The notes under the pieces were generated by a model. That model ran no database searches. It saw nothing but the letters and a program-made list of their open reading frames with translations, and had not been told where the DNA came from. From assembly GCA_022771205.1 (NCBI GenBank), contig JALFCF010000003.1, positions 269 through 64,268 of the forward strand: a DNA stretch of 64,000 bases, in the 5' to 3' direction. Of the stretch, positions 39,909-49,954 are shown in pieces (position 1 is the first letter of the stretch; every line of letters starts with the position of its first letter). Source of the stretch: Mycoplasmatota bacterium. GTDB lineage: Bacteria; Bacillota_I; Bacilli_A; RF39; UBA660. Both the position numbers and the translations under genes were made by a program.

Positions 39909-40199
39909 ATGAAGTTTTTAAAATTAGATATCCAATTATTTGCTCACCACAAAGGGCAAGGATCAACATCTAATGGTCGTGATTCTGCAGGACGTAGACT
40001 AGGAGCTAAAGCTGCTGATGGCGAATTTGTAACAGCAGGTTCTATTATATATCGTCAACGTGGAACTAAAGTATTCCCAGGAACTAATGTTCGTCGTGGA
40101 AATGATGATAGTTTATTCGCAACTGTTGACGGAATTGTTAAATTTGAACGTTTAGGAAGAGATAAGAAACAAGCTTCAGTTTATCCAGTAGGAGAATAA
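39909..40199 (+). CDS. rpmA: 50S ribosomal protein L27 with N-terminal propeptide
   Basis: [12 protein letters not shown]|[14 protein letters not shown]... Confidence 0.92.
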   Translation: MKFLKLDIQLFAHHKGQGSTSNGRDSAGRRLGAKAADGEFVTAGSIIYRQRGTKVFPGTNVRRGNDDSLFATVDGIVKFERLGRDKKQASVYPVGE

Positions 40200-40229
40200 A
40201 AAAAGAACCGTTATGGTTCTTTTTTTTAC
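40199..40229 (+). terminator. rho-independent terminator after rpmA
   Basis: aaagaacc-gttat-ggttcttt followed by T8. Confidence 0.6.
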
Positions 40230-40241
40230 AAGGAGGAAAAA

Positions 40242-40730
40242 ATGAATTCAAGAGATATTTATATGAAAATAGCAGAAAAAATGCAAGAAGATGGAATACA
40301 ATTTACAATATTAAGTAGCCAACAAGAAAAAGAAAAAATAATAGAGTCAATGAATAGAGCTTTAATAGAGTACAGTTATGAGAAGTTATGTGAAGCTGCC
40401 ATGCCAGAACAAATAGTTATGGATCTAGGAGTTATATTAGATACAATAGATTCCTTTTTAGTTCAAAAAGAAAAAGAAGAATTCTTTCAGCATTATGTAC
40501 ACTGCATGCTAAATGTTTATAATAATATTGAAAATAAGGCCTTACTATGGAGCCCAGAAGATACTACTAACCCAGAAGAATTTCCGAAATTTGAAAAAGA
40601 AGGAGAATATTTAGAATTTTTTAAGACAGATATAAATAGCAACAATAAAAAAAACGCTTTATGGTTAAATGACTATTTGTCTACAACATATAGTCATAGT
40701 CATAAAGTAGTAAAAAATAACATTAACTAA
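40242..40730 (+). CDS. hypothetical protein
   Basis: 162-aa ORF with RBS AAGGAGGA. Confidence 0.4.
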   Translation: MNSRDIYMKIAEKMQEDGIQFTILSSQQEKEKIIESMNRALIEYSYEKLCEAAMPEQIVMDLGVILDTIDSFLVQKEKEEFFQHYVHCMLNVYNNIENKALLWSPEDTTNPEEFPKFEKEGEYLEFFKTDINSNNKKNALWLNDYLSTTYSHSHKVVKNNIN

Positions 40731-40773
40731 TTGGTTTATTATCACTTTTATGGTAAAATAATACATAATAGAG

Positions 40774-41067
40774 GTGATTTTTATGGAAGATAACAAAATA
40801 ACATTAACAACACCAGATAATAAGACGATAGAAGTAGAAGTTTTAGATATCTTTAATGTAGTGGGGTATGAAGGGAAAGATTATATCATGTATACCCTTG
40901 GAGAAAAAATAGATGAAGAAAACGAAAAAGTATATATATCTATTTTAAATGATAAGGGTGATAATAATTTTGAGTTAGTTGGTATTACTGATGACAAAGA
41001 ATGGGATATGGTAGAAAAGGCGATTCAAGAAGAGATTACGTATGGAGACGACATGAAAGATGAATAA
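40774..41067 (+). CDS. DUF1292-family protein
   Basis: Small acidic protein. ITL..DNKTIEVEVLDIF...YI.Y...........V.I.......ELV.I.DD.EWDMVEKAI pattern. Confidence 0.5.
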   Translation: MIFMEDNKITLTTPDNKTIEVEVLDIFNVVGYEGKDYIMYTLGEKIDEENEKVYISILNDKGDNNFELVGITDDKEWDMVEKAIQEEITYGDDMKDE

Positions 41068-41992
41068 TTCAGAAAATACTTATAAAATAATGCTAGAAAA
41101 ATCTTTGTATAGAATTACAGATGAAATTAATTTATTAGAAGAACAAAAAGACGGTTTGTTTAGTATAGTAAAACAAACAGAGAAAAAAATTGAACGCCTT
41201 CGCATAGAACAAGCACAACTTCAAAGAGAATTAGCAAAACGAAATGCAGAAGATTTTTCTAGAGAAGAAGGAATAGTTGAAAAAATTGTAGATGAAAGAG
41301 TTTCAAAAGCTAATCAAAAAGAGAACTCTTATGAAACAAAAATACAGAATCTAAACAAACTAAAAGATAATGCCAAATCTAATGCTGGTCGACGTAACAT
41401 TGAGCGAAAAATTGTTCGAGAACAAACAAAGATGTTCAGATATAGAAAGTATGTAAAATTAGTAACTACTGTCCAAAGAGCAACTATTATACCAAAGTAT
41501 ATGTTGGATAAATATAGATTAGGAAAATTTGCTAAAAGACAAGGAAATGTAAATTATTATGAAAATAAGGTTGCTGAAACAGAGCATAAACAAAGTTTAT
41601 TGAATCCTGAAGAGAGTATAGTGGATAAAGTTCAATCTGTATATTATGATAAAAAAGGAAAATATTATGCTAAAAGATTAGATCAAGCTAACAAAAAACT
41701 AGAAAAACTACAGCGAAAAGGCGTACAAAATCGTATTTTAGGAGCAAATGTTGCTGTGATGAATAAAAAAGATACAGATAAGTTACGAAAAAGAATGGAT
41801 CAGCATAAAGCTAAAAAGAATGAACAAAATGATAGTATTATTGTCAATCCTGAAAAGAAACAATTGCCATTAGTAATTTCGCAAAGTCAAATACCAGAGG
41901 ATATTACAGCAGAAAGTCTTGCTGAGATAGCAGTAAATGGTGAATCAAAAACAAGCATGAATCAAAATACAAGATCCACAAAGGTTGCATAA
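41060..41992 (+). CDS. hypothetical basic coiled-coil protein
   Basis: 310 aa, K/R/E-rich. Confidence 0.4.
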   Translation: MNNSENTYKIMLEKSLYRITDEINLLEEQKDGLFSIVKQTEKKIERLRIEQAQLQRELAKRNAEDFSREEGIVEKIVDERVSKANQKENSYETKIQNLNKLKDNAKSNAGRRNIERKIVREQTKMFRYRKYVKLVTTVQRATIIPKYMLDKYRLGKFAKRQGNVNYYENKVAETEHKQSLLNPEESIVDKVQSVYYDKKGKYYAKRLDQANKKLEKLQRKGVQNRILGANVAVMNKKDTDKLRKRMDQHKAKKNEQNDSIIVNPEKKQLPLVISQSQIPEDITAESLAEIAVNGESKTSMNQNTRSTKVA

Positions 41993-42056
41993 AGGAAAGA
42001 ATATCTTTTCTTTTCTTTTTGAAAATGATATAATATAGCGAAAAGGAGGAGAGTAT

Positions 42057-43337
42057 ATGTTTGTAGATGAAGTCGAAATAAGAGTAGAAGCAGGAAACGG
42101 TGGAGATGGGTGTACAGCGTTTCGACGTGAAAAATATGTTCCTATGGGAGGACCATTTGGTGGAAATGGTGGACATGGTTCAGATATCATTTTTAAAGTT
42201 GACGAAGGACTTCATACTCTTCTAGATTTAAGATATCAAAAATTAATTAAAGGAAAAAAAGGCGAAAATGGTAGGGGAAAAAATCAACATGGAAAAGGCG
42301 CTGATCCAATTATTATCAAGGTACCACAAGGAACGGTAGTAACTGATTTAGATACAGGACTAGTATTAGCCGACTTATCAAAAAAAGATGATCAAGAGAT
42401 AATCGCTAAAGGTGGTCGTGGTGGAAGAGGTAACACAGCATTTAAGACTCAAACAAATACAGCTCCAGATTATTCTGAAAATGGGGAAGAAGGAGAACAA
42501 AAAAATTTAAAAGTAGAAGTAAAAATGTTAGCTGATGTAGGATTGGTAGGACTTCCAAGTGTTGGGAAAAGTACTATAATTTCTATGGTTTCAAGATCAA
42601 AACCAAAAATAGCAGCCTATCACTTTACAACTTTAACACCTAATTTAGGAGTAGTAAAAGCAAGTGATGGACGAAGTTTTGTTATGGCCGACCTTCCTGG
42701 ATTAATAGAAGGCGCTAGTCAAGGAGAAGGTTTAGGCGATAAATTTTTAAAACATATTGAAAGGACTAAAGTAATTGCTCATGTCATAGATATGAGTGCA
42801 AGTGAATTAAGAGACCCATATGAAGACTATAATTTGATTAATAAGGAATTAGCAGCTTTTAATGAAAAATTAATAAAAAAACCACAAATTATTATTGCTA
42901 ATAAAATGGATTTACCACATGCAAAAGAAGAATTGGAAAAATTCAAAGAAAAAATCGGAAAGGATATTGAAATTTACGAAATATCCGCAGCAACTAATAC
43001 TGGACTACAAAAGGTAATTGATCGATTAGCTGATTTAGTCGATGAAGTACCAAATAGTCCATTATATGAAGAAAGTCAAATTGAAAGTCATGTACTATAT
43101 AAATTTAAGAAAGAAGAACCTTTCATAATTACAAAAGATGATGATGGAACATGGGCAATTTCCGGAAAAGAAGTTGAAAGAATTTTCAAAATGACCAAAT
43201 TTTCATCAGATGAAGCAGCTTATAAATTCGCTAAAAAATTAACTAAGATGGGAATTGATCAGAAATTAGAAGAACTAGGTGCAGAAGAGGGAGATCAGGT
43301 AAGAATATTAGATTTCTATTTTGATTATAGAAAATAA
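42057..43337 (+). CDS. obg: GTPase Obg
   Basis: Glycine-rich Obg fold (GGNGGHG...GGRGGRGN), G1 GLPSVGKST, G3 DLPGLIEGA, G4 NKMD, C-terminal OCT domain. Confidence 0.95.
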   Translation: MFVDEVEIRVEAGNGGDGCTAFRREKYVPMGGPFGGNGGHGSDIIFKVDEGLHTLLDLRYQKLIKGKKGENGRGKNQHGKGADPIIIKVPQGTVVTDLDTGLVLADLSKKDDQEIIAKGGRGGRGNTAFKTQTNTAPDYSENGEEGEQKNLKVEVKMLADVGLVGLPSVGKSTIISMVSRSKPKIAAYHFTTLTPNLGVVKASDGRSFVMADLPGLIEGASQGEGLGDKFLKHIERTKVIAHVIDMSASELRDPYEDYNLINKELAAFNEKLIKKPQIIIANKMDLPHAKEELEKFKEKIGKDIEIYEISAATNTGLQKVIDRLADLVDEVPNSPLYEESQIESHVLYKFKKEEPFIITKDDDGTWAISGKEVERIFKMTKFSSDEAAYKFAKKLTKMGIDQKLEELGAEEGDQVRILDFYFDYRK

Positions 43338-43365
43338 TCAATAGATAATATATAAGGAGGATTAC

Positions 43366-43977
43366 ATGAAAATAGAACAATTAGAAAAAGAAACACAAAC
43401 GTTAACCAAAAGGATAGTCGGAATTAATAATTGGATTAAAGCTAACCCACAAGTAGCTGATCCTAACGCATATGAAATTCTGGATTGCAATGTTAGTTTA
43501 GCAGAAACATTAGCAGAATACGCAAAAGTTGAAAATTCACAAGTGCTTCAAGAAGTGTCTAGTAAACATCCTGAAATAGAGCCTTGTTATTTAAGTGTAG
43601 TAGAAATGGATGTATTACGAGATACTACTCATCATCCATTCTTTCAAAATAAAGAAGTGAACGATTTGTACTGTGAAGTAAAGAAAAGTCAAATTTTCAT
43701 GAACTATGACATCCCAGAAAATATGGAAACAAAAAGAATAAAAAAAGAATTATTGTGCAAAAGTATGAGTGTACCATTTTATATTTGGCAAGTACATCGT
43801 ACAGAGCCAAAATATGAATATGATAATGCTAGTGAATTTAATAGTATGAAAGCTATGTTAGATATTTATAAACAAGAAGGAAATACACAATTTGTACCAC
43901 AGATAGAAGCATTATTTGGTATTATTGAAAAAAATTATAAATATAGTAGTCAAAAAGTTGAAAGACATGCAAAATAA
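43366..43977 (+). CDS. hypothetical protein
   Basis: 203-aa ORF with RBS AAGGAGGA. Confidence 0.4.
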   Translation: MKIEQLEKETQTLTKRIVGINNWIKANPQVADPNAYEILDCNVSLAETLAEYAKVENSQVLQEVSSKHPEIEPCYLSVVEMDVLRDTTHHPFFQNKEVNDLYCEVKKSQIFMNYDIPENMETKRIKKELLCKSMSVPFYIWQVHRTEPKYEYDNASEFNSMKAMLDIYKQEGNTQFVPQIEALFGIIEKNYKYSSQKVERHAK

Positions 43978-44042
43978 GCATGTTTTTCTTTTTATATCAT
44001 AAAATATACTGTATAATATACTCATTAGTGAAGAGGAACAGT

Positions 44043-44729
44043 ATGATAAAAAAGGAAATAAGCACAATAGCATTACATTACCAAATATTCAAATTTTTAA
44101 ATGAACATAGCAAAGACTATACAGAGGCTGAAAAACAGTTTATTTTAAAAAACTATGCATGGGGTAAAAGAGAAGAACTAGTGACAGATATTTTAAGACA
44201 AATTTATGATGAATTAGGATTATTAGAAAATGATAGAAATATATATGAAGGTTTTATCGATTTATTAGCAAAGAACTTTGATATTAATAGAAATATTGTA
44301 GAAATAGGCGGTGGAAAAATACCCTCTTTAGCTAAAAAATTAGCTTTGCGTCAAAACCACGGAACAGTAACTGTATATGATGATAAACTTATTACTACCA
44401 ATACTAGTATTCCAAACTTGAAATTGATTAAAAGAAGGTTAAGTGAGGAAGAAAGACTACAAAATACAGATATGATTATAGGTTTTATGCCGTGTGAGGG
44501 TACAAAAACTGCTATTCATTTAGCACAAAAAAATAAACTGGATTTTATGATTGCTTTTTGTGAAGGTTCCTGTCATGATGAATCTTTATTTATGTATGAA
44601 GAAGATTGGGAACTAAATATGCTATATGAAGCTAGAAAAGCTATTCAGAGAGCATCCTTAGGAAAACTAGAAAAAACTTATATGAAAGATTATCATAATC
44701 CATATCCAATAATATACAACAAAAGATAA
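44043..44729 (+). CDS. hypothetical protein (possible Rossmann-like fold)
   Basis: ATG at 44043 with a GAGGA RBS is preferred over the longer ORF start at 43980. VEIGGGKIP glycine-rich segment. Confidence 0.4.
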   Translation: MIKKEISTIALHYQIFKFLNEHSKDYTEAEKQFILKNYAWGKREELVTDILRQIYDELGLLENDRNIYEGFIDLLAKNFDINRNIVEIGGGKIPSLAKKLALRQNHGTVTVYDDKLITTNTSIPNLKLIKRRLSEEERLQNTDMIIGFMPCEGTKTAIHLAQKNKLDFMIAFCEGSCHDESLFMYEEDWELNMLYEARKAIQRASLGKLEKTYMKDYHNPYPIIYNKR

Positions 44730-44831
44730 TTTAATCTTTTGTTTTTTTATAATGTAAATGTAGACCAATTAAGGATTGAAGATAAAAACAAATTGCGTTA
44801 TAATTTATTTAAGATAAAGTAAGTAAAAGGA

Positions 44832-45656
44832 TTGAGGATTATGATGAATGTAGATTTTTTAAAAGAAAATGGAATTGATGTTGAAAAAAGCTTAGAGCTA
44901 TTTGGCGATATCGAAACTTATAATGATACTATTGGGGAATTTATATTAGGTGCATCTTCTAAATTACCAAAATTAGAAGAATATAAAAATGCCAAAGATA
45001 TGAATAACTATGCAATTTATGCTCATTCTATAAAAAGCGATGCCAAATACTTTGGTTTCACTAAATTAGCTGAATTAGCAGAAAATCAAGAAATGAAGAG
45101 TAAGGCAGGAGATATATATTATATTTATAATACATACGATGAAATGATAAACGAAGTAAATCGTTTAATTCATGTAATTAAACAATATTTAGGAAAAGAA
45201 GACCCAGCAAACGGTGAAACACCATCAACAACTACACAAACAATCAGTGCTAACCGTGAAGCATATACAGTTCCTACTATTTTAGTGGTAGATGATTCAA
45301 ACATTGTTAGAAACTTTGTAGGCAGAATCTTTAGTGATTTATACACAGTAGGAGCTGCTAAAGATGGAAAAGAAGCTTTAGAAATAATTGAGTCAAATAA
45401 AGATAATAGTAATATTAAAGCTATTTTATTAGATTTAAATATGCCACAAGTAGACGGTTTTGCAGTACTAGATTATATGCAGGAAAATAATTTGTTGCAA
45501 CAAATGCCTGTATCTATCATTTCTGGGGATTCAACAAAAGAAACAATCGATAGAGCGTTTACTTATCCTATCGTTGATATGATAAAAAAACCATTTAATG
45601 ATACAGATATCAAAAGAGTAGTAGAAAGAACTATTTTCTTTAAAGAAATGCAATAA
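44832..45656 (+). CDS. Hpt domain + receiver (REC) domain protein
   Basis: N-terminal Hpt-like helix with AHSIKSDAKYFGF. C-terminal REC domain (ILVVDDS...D...ILLDLNMP...ISGD...K). Confidence 0.55.
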   Translation: MRIMMNVDFLKENGIDVEKSLELFGDIETYNDTIGEFILGASSKLPKLEEYKNAKDMNNYAIYAHSIKSDAKYFGFTKLAELAENQEMKSKAGDIYYIYNTYDEMINEVNRLIHVIKQYLGKEDPANGETPSTTTQTISANREAYTVPTILVVDDSNIVRNFVGRIFSDLYTVGAAKDGKEALEIIESNKDNSNIKAILLDLNMPQVDGFAVLDYMQENNLLQQMPVSIISGDSTKETIDRAFTYPIVDMIKKPFNDTDIKRVVERTIFFKEMQ

Positions 45657-45686
45657 AAAAGGGATTTAAGTTTCCCTTTTTTCTTC
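45654..45686. terminator. bidirectional terminator between convergent genes
   Basis: aaaaaaggga-tttaagtt-tcccttttttc. Confidence 0.5.
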
Positions 45687-45902
45687 CTCTAATCCCTTTT
45701 CAACACGTTTCTTAATAATATCAATTAATTGATTTTTTAATTCCTGATCAGCATTTTCCCAAATAATTTCTAAAAATACCCCAAGTCCAGGAAGAGTAAC
45801 TTCATCCTGAGAAGTGACTGATTCATCAATAGCCCTTCGTAAGATATCATAATCATCACCTTTAAAATTATTAATAATATGTTCACGAATACTTAAGTTC
45901 AT
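45666..45902 (-). CDS. sspI: small acid-soluble spore protein I (SspI) family
   Basis: ...VTLPGLGVFLEIIWENADQELKNQL... aligns with Bacillus SspI (...MLPGLGVLFEVIWQHA...). Confidence 0.55.
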   Translation of the reverse strand: MNLSIREHIINNFKGDDYDILRRAIDESVTSQDEVTLPGLGVFLEIIWENADQELKNQLIDIIKKRVEKGLEEEKRET

Positions 45903-46023
45903 TTAAATCCCTCCTAACTATATTATGGATTAAAATAAAAAAAATATACAAATATCAACAGTAGAAAAGAAAAGGCACCTTTCTTTTCTTTTCATTTTAT
46001 AGTACAATAAACATGGTGATAAA

Positions 46024-46662
46024 ATGAAATTACAGATAGGTGAGAAAGAATATCCAATCGAAATAAGTAGAAAAAAAGGTAATAAAAATACTTATATTAG
46101 AGTAAAAAAAGATATGACAATTCAAGTCACAACAAACTACTTTACAAGTGAAAAAGCAATCACCAAATTAATTGAAGATAATCTCACAAAAATAGAAAAA
46201 ATGTTATCTCACCAAGAAGTAAAAAACGAGAATAATACAGGCTTTTTCTATCTAGGTAAAAAATATGATATTGTATATGTAGAATATTGTGATATAAAAA
46301 TAGGTACCAATAAAGTGTTTTTAAATAAAAATATTGATGTAGATAAATGGTATAAAAAACAGGCTCAAGTGATATTTAAAGATCATTTAGATATAATTTA
46401 TCATCGCTTCTCTAAAAGAATACCATATCCAGATTTAAAGATAAGAAAAATGACAACTAGGTGGGGAGTATGTAACACCAAGACAAAAACAATTACCCTA
46501 AATTTAGAACTTATAAAAAGAGATACAAAATATTTAGATTATGTTATTGTACATGAGTTATCTCATTTGATTCATGCAAATCATTCTTCTAGATTCTGGG
46601 AATTAGTAGAAGAAAATATGCCAGATTATAAAGAATATCGAAAGGAGATGAAAGATTTCTAA
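46024..46662 (+). CDS. YgjP-like metallopeptidase (DUF45/M48-like, HExxH)
   Basis: C-terminal VIVHELSHLIHANHSSRFWELV. Confidence 0.6.
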   Translation: MKLQIGEKEYPIEISRKKGNKNTYIRVKKDMTIQVTTNYFTSEKAITKLIEDNLTKIEKMLSHQEVKNENNTGFFYLGKKYDIVYVEYCDIKIGTNKVFLNKNIDVDKWYKKQAQVIFKDHLDIIYHRFSKRIPYPDLKIRKMTTRWGVCNTKTKTITLNLELIKRDTKYLDYVIVHELSHLIHANHSSRFWELVEENMPDYKEYRKEMKDF

Positions 46663-47396
46663 TGGTAATTACAAGTTTAGATAATGAAAAAGTAAAAAAA
46701 TATAGAAAACTAAAGAAAAGAAAATATAGAGAAGAATATGGAGAATTTATAGTAGAAGGAATGCATCTAGTATTAGAAGCTTTTAAAAGTGGAATTATTG
46801 AAGAACTAATTATGGAAGAAAATGCCGCAGTTCCATTACTTTGCCCATATGTATATGTAACAAGAGAAATAATTGAACAAATTTCTAATTTAGATACTCC
46901 AACAGATGTTATGGCTTTATGTAAAAAACTACCAGATAGAGATATAATTGGGGATAAATTACTAATTTTAGATGAGGTACAAGATCCAGGAAATCTAGGA
47001 ACAATACTTAGAAGTGCTAAGGCATTTGATATAGATACTGTAATATTATCGGAAAATACAGTTGATTTATATAATCCAAAAGTAGTGCGAGCAACACAAG
47101 GAATGTTATTTCATTTAAATGTAATTAGTAGAAAAATAGATACAATTATAGATGTAATAAAAAACAAAGAAATACCCGTATATGGAAGCTCTGTAGATTA
47201 TGGCATAGATGTATGTGAGTTAAATAAAAAAGATCGTGAGAAGTATGCTTTAATCGTAGGAAACGAGGGAAATGGAGTACGTGCCACAACCTTAGAAAAA
47301 TGTGATAAAAGATTATATATTAAAATGAATGAAAGAGTAGAAAGCTTAAACGTTGCAGTAGCAACTAGTATTCTACTATATGAGTTAAATAAATAA
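46662..47396 (+). CDS. TrmH/SpoU-family RNA 2'-O-methyltransferase
   Basis: SpoU motifs DEVQDPGNLGTILRSA, LIVGNEGNGV and SLNVAVATSILLYEL. Confidence 0.8.
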   Translation: MVITSLDNEKVKKYRKLKKRKYREEYGEFIVEGMHLVLEAFKSGIIEELIMEENAAVPLLCPYVYVTREIIEQISNLDTPTDVMALCKKLPDRDIIGDKLLILDEVQDPGNLGTILRSAKAFDIDTVILSENTVDLYNPKVVRATQGMLFHLNVISRKIDTIIDVIKNKEIPVYGSSVDYGIDVCELNKKDREKYALIVGNEGNGVRATTLEKCDKRLYIKMNERVESLNVAVATSILLYELNK

Positions 47397-47875
47397 TGGA
47401 AAAAATATATTTAGGAAAGATAACATCAACTCACGGAATTAAAGGAGAACTAAAGATAAAAAGTAATTTCACATACAAAGAAAAAGCATTTCGCACAGGA
47501 AACCATTTGATAATTGATAACAGACAATATGAGATTAAAACACATAGAGTACATAAAGGCTTAGATATGGTTACATTAGATGATTATCATGATATAAATG
47601 AAGTATTATTTTTGTTAAAAAAGAATGTATATATAGAAAAAGAAGAACTAAATTTAGGAAAAGAAGAAGTATTAGATGAAGATTTACTAAAATATCAAAT
47701 CTTGACAACTTCAGGAAAAAAGGGAATAATAAAAGAAATATTTTATGCAAGTCCCACAAATAAAATCATGCGTGCTGTAATAGAAAAAGAAATATTAGTT
47801 CCCCTTGCTTCGCCATTAGTAAAAATAGACGTAGATAAAAAAGAAATTATAATAGATAAGATATTAGAAATGTAG
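47396..47875 (+). CDS. rimM: 16S rRNA processing protein RimM
   Basis: [19 protein letters not shown]-terminal signature plus C-terminal PRC barrel. Confidence 0.8.
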   Translation: MEKIYLGKITSTHGIKGELKIKSNFTYKEKAFRTGNHLIIDNRQYEIKTHRVHKGLDMVTLDDYHDINEVLFLLKKNVYIEKEELNLGKEEVLDEDLLKYQILTTSGKKGIIKEIFYASPTNKIMRAVIEKEILVPLASPLVKIDVDKKEIIIDKILEM

Positions 47876-47883
47876 GTGATAAT

Positions 47884-48549
47884 ATGAAAATTGATATTTT
47901 GACACTCTTTCCAGAGATGTTTGAAAATGTCTTTTCTTCATCTATCATAAAACGAGCAATCAATCAAAAAAAAGTGCAAATAAAAATTCATAACTTTAGG
48001 GATTATTCTAAAGATCCACATCATAAAGTAGATGATACTCCATATGGTGGAGGAGCTGGTATGGTATTAACATGTCAGCCAATCTTTGATTGTGTAGAAA
48101 GTTTAAAAACCAAAGATAGCAAAGTAATATTACTAACACCAGACGGAATTCCGTATAAACAAGGAACAGCTTATAATCTATCTAAAGAAAAACATTTAAT
48201 TTTTATATGTGGACATTATGAAGGGTTTGATGAAAGAATACGGTCTCTTTGCGATTTGCAATTAAGTATAGGTGATTATGTACTAACTGGTGGAGAATTA
48301 GCGAGTATGGTAATTACAGATTCCATAGTAAGATTATTACCTGGCGTAATAGAAGAAGAATCTCATAAAAATGACTCTTTTAACAATAACTTATTAGATT
48401 ATCCAACATACACAAAACCAAGAAACTTTCGAGGAATGGAAGTACCAGAAGTATTATTATCTGGAAATCATAAAAGAATAGAAGAGTATAGAAGACTAGA
48501 AAGTATAAAGAAAACTCAAAATCGAAGACCGGATTTATTAGAAAAGTAG
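47884..48549 (+). CDS. trmD: tRNA (guanine37-N1)-methyltransferase
   Basis: [13 protein letters not shown]..., [33 protein letters not shown]. Confidence 0.92.
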   Translation: MKIDILTLFPEMFENVFSSSIIKRAINQKKVQIKIHNFRDYSKDPHHKVDDTPYGGGAGMVLTCQPIFDCVESLKTKDSKVILLTPDGIPYKQGTAYNLSKEKHLIFICGHYEGFDERIRSLCDLQLSIGDYVLTGGELASMVITDSIVRLLPGVIEEESHKNDSFNNNLLDYPTYTKPRNFRGMEVPEVLLSGNHKRIEEYRRLESIKKTQNRRPDLLEK

Positions 48550-48557
48550 GTGGTAAG

Positions 48558-48998
48558 ATGTATCAGGTAGCAAATAAAAAATATGAATTCAAAGAAGTAA
48601 CATTTAGCGATAAGATATATGGCTTTCCAATGGCTAGTTCTAAAAAGATTTTTACTATTGGAAAATACAAAGTAAAAAACATTGTAATTATTAATGCTAA
48701 ATTAGCTCATCCCTTAATATCAAAGAAGGTATCAAAGGAATATCAAAAATTAGTTGCTACATTGATGGAATTACTAACTAGTGATGATGATACAGGTGAA
48801 AGTTTTAGAGAAGCCCTAAATAGAATAGAAAAATTTCGTCAAGAAATAAAAAATAAATACCGCCATTTTTTAAAACAAAAGGAACTAGAAGAAATGGCAA
48901 ATCAGCTTAAAGTATTTCAACATGAAGCAAATATTCGTTTTATAGAATTACAAAATGCTTTCTATGAAAATACTTTACAACAAGGCAAAGGTAAATAG
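48558..48998 (+). CDS. hypothetical protein
   Basis: 146-aa ORF at the position where rplS usually follows trmD. Not L19-like. Confidence 0.4.
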   Translation: MYQVANKKYEFKEVTFSDKIYGFPMASSKKIFTIGKYKVKNIVIINAKLAHPLISKKVSKEYQKLVATLMELLTSDDDTGESFREALNRIEKFRQEIKNKYRHFLKQKELEEMANQLKVFQHEANIRFIELQNAFYENTLQQGKGK

Positions 48999-49003
48999 TG
49001 TCA

Positions 49004-49032
49004 AGAACTACAAAAAAAGTAGTTCTTTTTTA
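49004..49032 (+). terminator. rho-independent terminator
   Basis: agaactac-aaaaaaa-gtagttct followed by T5. Confidence 0.55.
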
Positions 49033-49077
49033 TTTAACAAAATGATTTAGGATATAATATAAAAAAAGGAGTAAGAA

Positions 49078-49872
49078 ATGAAAGAGAGACAGAGTAAAAA
49101 GTTAATTATAATAATTATAGTATTATTAATATGTTTATTGGGAAGTATATCATATATTATTTATGACAAAGTCTTTATAAAAGAACAAATAGAAACAAAA
49201 GAAAAACCAAAAGAAAAAAAGAAAAATCAATCCGTAGAAAATAAAGTGCATGCTTTAACCGAAACAGAACAACAACAGATTTTATCACAAATAAAAGATT
49301 ATACTCCATCATTGGCTAGTTATTTCCCAATTGATGAAACTCATCCATTATCCAATCAAGCTGTATTAAACTTTGCATTAGTCAAAATAGGTACATTAAG
49401 GGATAATATTATGGAAAGTGATATAGAAAAAATATTACAAACGTATTTTGGAAAAAAACACCCATATCAACACGAAGATATAAATTGCTTTGCCGGAGAT
49501 GGTGTCTTATATAAGTATAACAGTGCCAAGAGAGAATATATTTTTCAAAATACACATGGACACGGAGGACAAGGAAGTTATGCAGCAGAAATATTTTATA
49601 TAGATGGCACAGCAGATCAAAATAAATACACTGTAAACGTTCATATTGTATATGGAGACTATTGTGGTGGTGTGTGTGGTCCAACACTTAGTTATTACAA
49701 GACGAGAGAAGATAGTATGAACAGTCAAAATCCTATTTTAGGTCCATATGAAGAGCCACATACAATTACCAATGAAGAATATGACACTATTAAAGAAAAT
49801 CTTCCAATAACAACATTTATATTCGAAAAAGATGAAGATAATAATTATGGATTAAAAGCTGTAAAAAACTAA
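49078..49872 (+). CDS. hypothetical membrane-anchored protein
   Basis: N-terminal signal anchor. Cys/Gly-rich segment YGDYCGGVCGP. Confidence 0.4.
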   Translation: MKERQSKKLIIIIIVLLICLLGSISYIIYDKVFIKEQIETKEKPKEKKKNQSVENKVHALTETEQQQILSQIKDYTPSLASYFPIDETHPLSNQAVLNFALVKIGTLRDNIMESDIEKILQTYFGKKHPYQHEDINCFAGDGVLYKYNSAKREYIFQNTHGHGGQGSYAAEIFYIDGTADQNKYTVNVHIVYGDYCGGVCGPTLSYYKTREDSMNSQNPILGPYEEPHTITNEEYDTIKENLPITTFIFEKDEDNNYGLKAVKN

Positions 49873-49954
49873 AAATATTTTCTTGCATTTTATAAAAACA
49901 TAAGTATAACAAATGTACAAAACAACTATTAAAATGTAAGAAAGAAGGAAAAAT

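Noticed and set aside
43980-44042. N-terminal 21-codon extension (MFFFLYHKIYCIIYSLVKRNS) of the 44043-44729 gene
   Set aside because: It has no RBS and overlaps the stop region of the preceding gene. The internal ATG at 44043 has a GAGGA RBS at proper spacing.
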